Source of the DNA: Bugula neritina
Taxonomy: Eukaryota; Animalia; Bryozoa
Assembly (NCBI GenBank): GCA_964035545.1
Contig: CAXIUT010000108.1
Span: 1 to 5,894, forward strand
Direction of reading: 5' to 3'
Length of the DNA stretch: 5,894 nucleotides
The notes below the pieces were generated by a model. That model searched no databases. It was not told the DNA's origin and was given only the letters and a program-made list of their open reading frames with translations. Positions 1 through 5,894 of this stretch are shown in pieces (within the stretch, counting starts at the first letter, position 1; each line of letters starts with the position of its first letter). Position numbers and translations under genes: made by a program.

Positions 1-93
1 CCCAACCCCAACCCCAACCCCAACCCCAACCCCAACCCCAACCCCAACCCCAACCCCAACCCCAACCCCAACCCCAACCCCAACCCCAACCCC
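1..93 (+). repeat. Left telomere, (CCCCAA)n
   Basis: Perfect tandem CCCCAA hexamers run from base 1 and end in CCCC at 93. The C-rich strand is at the 5' end, as expected for a chromosome end. This is the same repeat unit as Tetrahymena macronuclear telomeres. Confidence 0.99.
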
Positions 94-150
94 TTTAATT
101 GATATTCAAATATAAAATAAATCAATTTTATTTAATAAGGTAATTTACTT
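94..150 (-). other. 57-bp 3' trailer (3' UTR/polyadenylation region and subtelomere)
   Basis: Very AT-rich sequence between the TGA stop and the left telomere, with a second in-frame TGA at 108-106. Confidence 0.65.
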
Positions 151-3100
151 TCATAGATCATTGTTGCTTTAGAATATGTCTCTATTTGGATAATCTTCTT
201 CTTAGTTCAAATCGAAATATGTAGGATTATTTGTAGATTGAGGATTATTTCTTTGGATAAATTCATTTAGCTAGTTTTATGTTATCCCTTAAGGAACTGC
301 TGCTTCGATCAGTGGCTCTCTTTCTTAGTCAATCATCTTAGCTATTTCGTTGTTGTCAATTTTCTTTAAACTTTTGTCATCTTCTTCAGGTTTTTCAAAG
401 TATACTTCTGGAGTTTGTCTGTAGTATCTCAGCTCATCAAGCACTGTAATAATGCTCCGATAGTTTTGAAAAGTTGCTAGTTCTTTTATGAAATCGATAT
501 AGTTGCTGTCATAGACGAGTCTATTGAGTATAAAACTTTCATTCTATTTACGTACAAGTTGCATAAGTCGATTTGTTTCTGGTAATTTATTTAATGAACA
601 TCCATGGGTTTGTGAGTCAACTCTTTAGTAGAAAAGCATATAAGCATTTTTACTCTTTTAGTCATTTCCTCCAAAACATTAACTTTTCATATTATTTTGA
701 ATATCCCACTAAGTTACCTTTCGATCATTGAATTATAGCCATTTATCTGCGACTTTAATGAAGGAATAGTAGTGACCACTCTCAGCTGAACCTGAATGAA
801 TGATGATTCCACAAAGTTTATAGTCAAAGTAATGTTATTTTTCTTTTCTTCCTTGAATGGCAAAGGGAGTGAGATCTAGCTCTAAGGGAAATTAGAAGTA
901 GTCATTGATTTTTATTCTGTTCATTTGTTAGAAATTCCAGTAGAAACGTTTGAGAGTAATGACTAGTATATTGGGTAGCTTTCCAAGATAGGTTTTACTT
1001 GAGGCTTTGATTTTTTTATGTAAAACTTATGAATAGTACATATTTTACCCTTCTAGTAGATGAGGTTTGTTGAGCAGTCCTAAACCTTCTAGTAAATTTT
1101 TACGATACTTAATATCGACCATGAGAGTTAAAAATGTTTAATCGACATTTTTGACTTCTGAACCTTCTTCTAGTCCTCTTATTTAGTGACAAAGAGTTCC
1201 ACAAATAGTTTAGTTGATAGTTTTGCTGCCAACCGCTTGCTAAACGTCATGCATGAGGGATGCAAAGAACTCATTAACATCTTGTTGTACCATAGGTTTG
1301 ACTAGTTATCCATTGATTTTGACTGTTTATACAAAATGATTGGGATAGACTGGAGATCTAATCCCACAGAATAAGTTAATAAATATTTTTTTAAGTTGTA
1401 GAAGTTGAATATTTTATATATTTTATTCGTTATCCTCTTGAAGCAGAAGAGTTGGAAAACATGTGTGGTATAGTTGTTGAATAAGTGAATTAATGTAGCA
1501 AGTTGCTCCTAAATTTCTTATACCAATAAACCCATTTCCTCTGATTTATCCTTAAACTTCTTTTGAATCTTGAAATCCCTTCATGATATGTCGGATTGAT
1601 TGGGCTACCATTTTTAGTATATCATGATATCCACACATTTTGATGAGAAATTGGTATGCTATTTTTCTGAGATGTTTGCTGCTGAAGTATGGTTGAGGAT
1701 TGCGGATGTTAAAGAGATAGTCATTGAGTAGCCAGTTGGCAAAGATATTCATGTCTTCATTTTTTCTTTATCCTAAATCTGATTTAAAGTGTCTATCTAA
1801 AAGAGTTGATCCTATTTTGAAGTTTCCTATGACTTATTATTACTCCATTATGTTGATTTTATCTTTGACATATCGAACAATATCTATGAGAATTGAGAGT
1901 TCCTTCGTTGAATCCAAAACAGATGAGATGATGAGAAGTTAGTTTATACATGAGAAAAATGATGAATAAGCTTATCTTGTTTGTTTTTAGTGTTATTTTA
2001 TTGTGGAAAGAAGTTTAAAAGTGAATTTAGGTAGAAATTGTTGATTATTTTCTGTATTCAGGTGAAGAGCTGTGGCTATAATGATGAATTATATGGGTTT
2101 TCTGTATTGTAGCAGTAAAACTTATAACTTTTGGTAGGCTAGAATAGAGTAGAAATTGTTTCTATTGACTGGATATATAAGTTGCAAAATATATATTTTG
2201 GAGATAAGAGCTGCTAATCTATCTGAAATATTTTGGGTGAGAAGACAGTCGATCATACTGCTGGCAACTTAGGCTGATAATCCAAAATTCCATCTACCTA
2301 GTACTTCCATTGCATCATCATATTCTGGAATTAGTTGATAATCTTTTTAATTGAGAGTTTTATTGTGTAAAAACTAGTCTAGCAGAGTGAGAACTGGGCA
2401 TTCTACTTAAACAAGTAGTAATTTGAAGAGATCTTAATAGTTAATGATTGTTTATGGATGATTGAGGATGATTTAAGAGAGCCATTAGATAAGAAACTAT
2501 CTTAATTTTTTTTATTAGAAGATATTTTTTACTTCTTCTGGATTTTGTTTTAAATGATTTGATATAATATGTATTATATAAATTGATTGCTATGTGATTC
2601 TTTTGCTGAATAGTTTTTACCATTAACAATTTTAGATAAATATGTTGGCTTATGTGACATAGGTTTAGTTAAGAGGAAGTTTTTTGATAAAAGTCCAACC
2701 TGCTTGCTTATTTTAACTTATTTTTAAACATTACAATAGTAATTAAAATACTTATTTATGATGTACTAAAAGAGTTCCAAAACTTTTTACTTTTTATTTT
2801 ATATTCTATACCTAAATTATGACTTATTATTTTTAAAATTTATTTTATCTGTATTAATCTTATAGTGATTTTACTCTATCTGGGTCAAAAAAATTATTAA
2901 CAATTGTTTCTATATTTTATCCTTCAAATTTATTTAAAATAAATTTTAAAAACTATTGATCGGCTTATTATCCTGCAATATTGATTAAGCTTTAAAGTTG
3001 TTATGATTTTATTTTGTTTTTATCTTCTTAGATATCCATCATATCATCATTAGCTACACTAATTGTTTGATTATTATCTAATTTTAGTTCTTTTAGAGTA

Positions 3101-5691
3101 AGATTTTATCCTTTAAGCAGTTTTCCTTTAGTCCATAGTTAAATGTTATTTGATGGCGGGTTCAAGTTATCTCCTATGAATCTTCTCAAATCTGCTAAAG
3201 ATATCTTTTAATTAAATTACATATTTGAATTTTTCGGTCCTAAGTTATCCATCTTTTATACTTTAATAAATAAATTTATTGTGTTTTCTTTTATTTATTA
3301 GTTTCTTTATTTCTATAATGATAACTTCTCTGCTAGCTCAAAAATCCTTAAAATACTGATTTGTCTTTTATTTATTTCTTATGCTTTACTCATTTGGATA
3401 GCAAAAGTCATCTGCTTTTTAAGGTTGCCAATCATGTACATGTACATTGCTTCTTTTTATTCTTCTGAGTTCATTATTAATTTGCATAGAAAATCACGAC
3501 TCTTTCTAACTACTTTCAGATCCATACAGTTAAAGTAGATGTATAGAAATTTATCTGTTCCGATTAAAGGCTCCTTGATTATCTTATAGCGATCTTTTTA
3601 GAAACGAAGTAGTTTGCAGTCTTCATTTAGACGTAAGAAGAGCATTTAGAGGCAATCATAGACTCTGAGAGAAAACCAGCCTGCGACAAGACTCATTAGA
3701 ATATCAAAAAATATGAAATTGACACTTTACTAGGTGATAGAACCTTAATATCTGACTAACTATTTCAAAAATACAAAAAATTGTTATCTTTATTTTTAGT
3801 CTCTAGCTGTAGTACCAAGTACTTTCCATAAAAATTAAGTTACAGTTTTATCTAAAGACTTATTGAATCTGCAGAACATGATTATAACTGATAGTGCCTT
3901 TTATACTACTGGTCTTGAAAATCTATTTCTTGCAAGTAGAGCAAGCATCAATTCGAAAACACCTTAACTTGCTAGTTTAATGATGATTTCATATTTACCT
4001 TGTCCTCTATCTCTGGATGTTTATATTTTTAGCCAATGTTAAATGATCCATAGTGCACAAACGGATCCATTTCGTAGGAGTTTAGTTATTTAGAATTAAA
4101 GTTAATCTTTGAAGAGTCGACTATGGTCTGTGATGAGTTTGAGAAGGATAGGTATGTAGTTGTTTTGATGTTGTACAGCCAACTAAATAAGGAAATGTAG
4201 TAACTTTTTTACAAATTGTTGTGTCGATTAAGGATAGTCTTCAACGTCCATTTCCATTTATCCGTCCATATCTCTTCTATTATTATCTATATTTTATTTA
4301 TCTAATCCATCTAGTTCTTTTCTATTATCTTGTAAAATAATAGTTCTTCTTTTTCTTGAACTATCATCTGAAATCAATGAATTAGAAAGCAAACTATTAA
4401 TGAAGTTGATAAAAAGAGGAGATTATCTGTCATTGTGATAAGGAATAATCTAAAAAACCAAAAAGAGATGTTTTAACTTGAGCCAACCTATCATACTTTG
4501 AACTACTTTGAAAATCTATTCAGAATGTAGTGAATTTTTCATCAATTATATTATCTAAATGTCAGCAAGTACTCCAGCTTAGTAGAGGAAGTGAATAATG
4601 GGTTGCATTTGTTGAAGTATACGAGGATGAGTTGAATCACGAAGGAACAGTTCTAGTGTTTTGTTGTCGATTAACCAATTAACTAATAGATATTTTATTT
4701 TTTATGAGTTTTTGGCTTATGAAATGAGATCATTTGTAACTTTGAATCCAAAGAGTTTTTTATCAATTTGTTAACTTTATACTAACAGCCAATAAACTAC
4801 TTTTAGTATATATTTTTCTATAAGTTCTTCTTTATACTTTGAGATATCAACTAGTAATTTAAAATACTATTCGAACACTTTTCTATCAATCTGAGTATAA
4901 TCTTTCATCAAAAACATATTCTAATATTCCTTAGTATATTCTTAAAGATCAGTACTTTATGCTTTTGAAATAAGGAAGAGGTTGAACAGGTATTTATCTT
5001 ATCTCAAGCAGCTAGTCATAAACAGATGGTGAAAAAGACGATAGAGGTATGTTTGAGGTGAGACTATGGATATTTTAGGTTAATTTTGGAAATGTTAATG
5101 TATGAATTAGTTGATACTTGTAAAGTCAGGATCCTATTATTGAAGGTATATGTTGATTATTTGAATGGCTTATTCACTGAAATTATAGGAATAGAGATGT
5201 TTATTTTATTTGAAGATTTAGTTGAGAACTTCTAGATAGATTTAGATGTTTTCGATGTTTTTAAATTTAAGACTGAGTTGTTTCAAAAAAATAAAATTTT
5301 GACTGAGTTCCATCAACTACCAATCAGTATTTCTTCTACTCTACATTATTATTTTGATTATGTTGACCAATCTACCAACAGGATGCACTTCCATATTGTC
5401 CAAATATTCAACAAGTGCTTCTTTGTAGTCTTAAAATCCAGTACTATTAAGCAATCGATACTAAATGCTATTTTGTTCATAGTTGTTTTATTTTTACTAT
5501 ACTCTGCTGATGTCTTTGATATTCATATCATTTATTTTTTGTACTTTTTACTAGTAATCTGATCCCAGGAGATCTATGTCATCTCTTTACGAAAGGTGGT
5601 CGTAGTTTTTTTAGACTGAATCGTTTGAGTGTTAGATATCAAATGGTTTATCTTATATGATGAGTCGTTCGAACTCATCTGGGTCTGACAT
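151..5691 (-). CDS. Large ubiquitin carboxyl-terminal hydrolase (USP, peptidase C19), USP9X/USP24/USP34-like, 1846 aa; TAA/TAG read as sense (Glu), TGA as stop; no intron required
   Basis: One frame is open from ATG 5691-5689 (MSDPDEFERLII..., preceded by AAAA and by an in-frame TGA at 5727-5725) to TGA 153-151 (...DIFESNNDL*), with no internal TGA. It contains GIRNLGATCYINSLIQQLY, QQDVNEFF, LPNILVITLKRF, KINDYFEFPLELDL, LCGIIIHSGSAESGHYYSFIK, WLEFND, ECFGG and NAYMLFYER. N-terminal segments resemble the USP9/24/34 helical region (WLIDNKTLELFL, LIGTDKFLYI, WTFIKKLP, LRKIAYQFLIKMC). The ORF-track hit at 1552..1752(-) is an in-frame fragment. The subfamily call comes from motif recall, not from a search. 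Confidence 0.95.
622..1530 (-). other. USP (UCH/peptidase C19) catalytic domain
   Basis: Cys box with catalytic Cys TGC at 1500-1498 (about aa 1398); QQD box at 1287-1279; His box with catalytic His CAC at 774-772 (about aa 1640); FND at 732-724; terminal AYMLFYER ending at 622. Confidence 0.95.
2884..3000 (-). other. Putative UBA-like three-helix domain
   Basis: QLESLINIAGEEADQEFLKFILNKFEGENIETIVNNFFD resembles UBA-like domains that end in a 'LE.AV..FF' helix. This is pattern recognition only. Confidence 0.5.
3055..3279 (-). other. Internal ubiquitin-like (UBL) domain
   Basis: INLFIKVEKMDNLGPKNSNMEFNEKISLADLRRFIGDNLNPPSNNIELWTKGKLLKGENLTLKELKLDNNQTISV follows the beta-grasp pattern (L..LR..I, L..KGK.L, TL.EL.L....TI.V). 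USP9X/USP24 also carry a UBL upstream of the catalytic domain. Confidence 0.75.
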
Positions 5692-5735
5692 TTTTGATTA
5701 ATCAATAATATCTACTTCAAAATATCATTGAATTA
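5692..5735 (-). promoter_or_regulatory. 44-bp 5' subtelomeric leader (presumed promoter/TSS and 5' UTR)
   Basis: It is the only sequence between the right telomere and the start ATG. It is AT-rich and ends ...TTAATCAAAA-ATG. Function is inferred from position. Confidence 0.6.
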
Positions 5736-5894
5736 GGGGTTGGGGTTGGGGTTGGGGTTGGGGTTGGGGTTGGGGTTGGGGTTGGGGTTGGGGTTGGGGT
5801 TGGGGTTGGGGTTGGGGTTGGGGTTGGGGTTGGGGTTGGGGTTGGGGTTGGGGTTGGGGTTGGGGTTGGGGTTGGGGTTGGGGTTGGGGTTGGG
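5736..5894 (-). repeat. Right telomere, (TTGGGG)n
   Basis: Perfect GGGGTT hexamers run from 5736 to the end of the window, in inverted orientation relative to the left tract, so the molecule is capped at both ends. Confidence 0.99.

Larger units (their letters stand above)
1..5894. other. Complete single-gene ciliate macronuclear chromosome (nanochromosome)
   Basis: Telomeres at both ends enclose 5642 bp of AT-rich unique sequence, of which 5541 bp is one CDS that uses reassigned TAA/TAG codons. Confidence 0.93.

Noticed and set aside
106-153. TGA readthrough or TGA as a sense codon
   Set aside because: There is no TGA inside the CDS, Trp uses TGG, and the downstream sequence is AT-rich, reaching another TGA at 108-106 just before the telomere.
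622-1530. Standard ciliate code (table 6, UAR=Gln)
   Set aside because: It would give YFQFP, WLQFND, QCFGG and FYQR all at once. Glu fits these motifs better as a set, and the conserved Gln sites use CAA.
1552-1752. ORF-track 66-aa ORF as a separate gene
   Set aside because: It is an in-frame, TAR-free fragment of the large USP CDS.
1724-1942. ORF-track 72-aa plus-strand ORF
   Set aside because: It is antisense to the USP CDS, has no recognisable motif, and was called under the wrong genetic code.
2441-2629. ORF-track 62-aa minus-strand ORF in another frame, or a possible programmed frameshift
   Set aside because: The main frame stays open and protein-like here (FEEKKLREFLIEWLSEIILN), so no shift is needed. 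The alternate frame is Lys/Ile-rich noise.
3205-3220. Tiny intron-like GTAATTTAATTAAAAG (16 nt, minus strand)
   Set aside because: Removing it would shift the frame within the UBL domain, and the unspliced frame is already open.
3433-3447. CATGTACATGTACAT short tandem/palindromic repeat
   Set aside because: It is explained by the coding sequence Met-Tyr-Met-Tyr-Met and is too short to imply a separate element.
4345-4356. RKRR possible nuclear localisation signal
   Set aside because: A four-residue basic patch is too weak to call without conservation data.
5278-5562. ORF-track 94-aa hydrophobic plus-strand ORF
   Set aside because: It is an antisense shadow of an A-rich coding strand, which gives Phe/Leu/Ile-rich text. 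It has a non-ATG start and no independent support.
151-5691. Pseudogene interpretation because of the many TAA/TAG codons
   Set aside because: There are no frameshifts and no internal TGA across 1846 codons, the catalytic motifs are intact, and the 'stops' fall at conserved Glu positions.

Overview
This window is a complete telomere-to-telomere ciliate macronuclear nanochromosome. It has (C4A2)n at 1-93 and (T2G4)n at 5736-5894, and it carries one gene on the minus strand. Hand translation shows a single continuous frame from ATG at 5691 to TGA at 153-151 (5541 nt, 1846 aa), with no internal TGA but roughly 140 in-frame TAA/TAG codons. That is why the standard-code ORF track misses the gene. 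The product is a large USP9X/USP24/USP34-like deubiquitinase (peptidase C19) with intact Cys and His boxes, an internal ubiquitin-like domain and a UBA-like domain. TAA falls at family positions that normally hold Glu (YF*FP, W.*FND, *CFGG, MLFY*R), while the conserved Gln positions use CAA. The code is therefore UAA=Glu, and probably UAG=Glu (peritrich-type, NCBI table 30), not the usual ciliate UAR=Gln. The most notable signal is the combination of a gene-sized chromosome, Tetrahymena-type C4A2 telomeres, a UAR=Glu code and only 44/57 bp of non-coding flank. All codon counts are manual and approximate.
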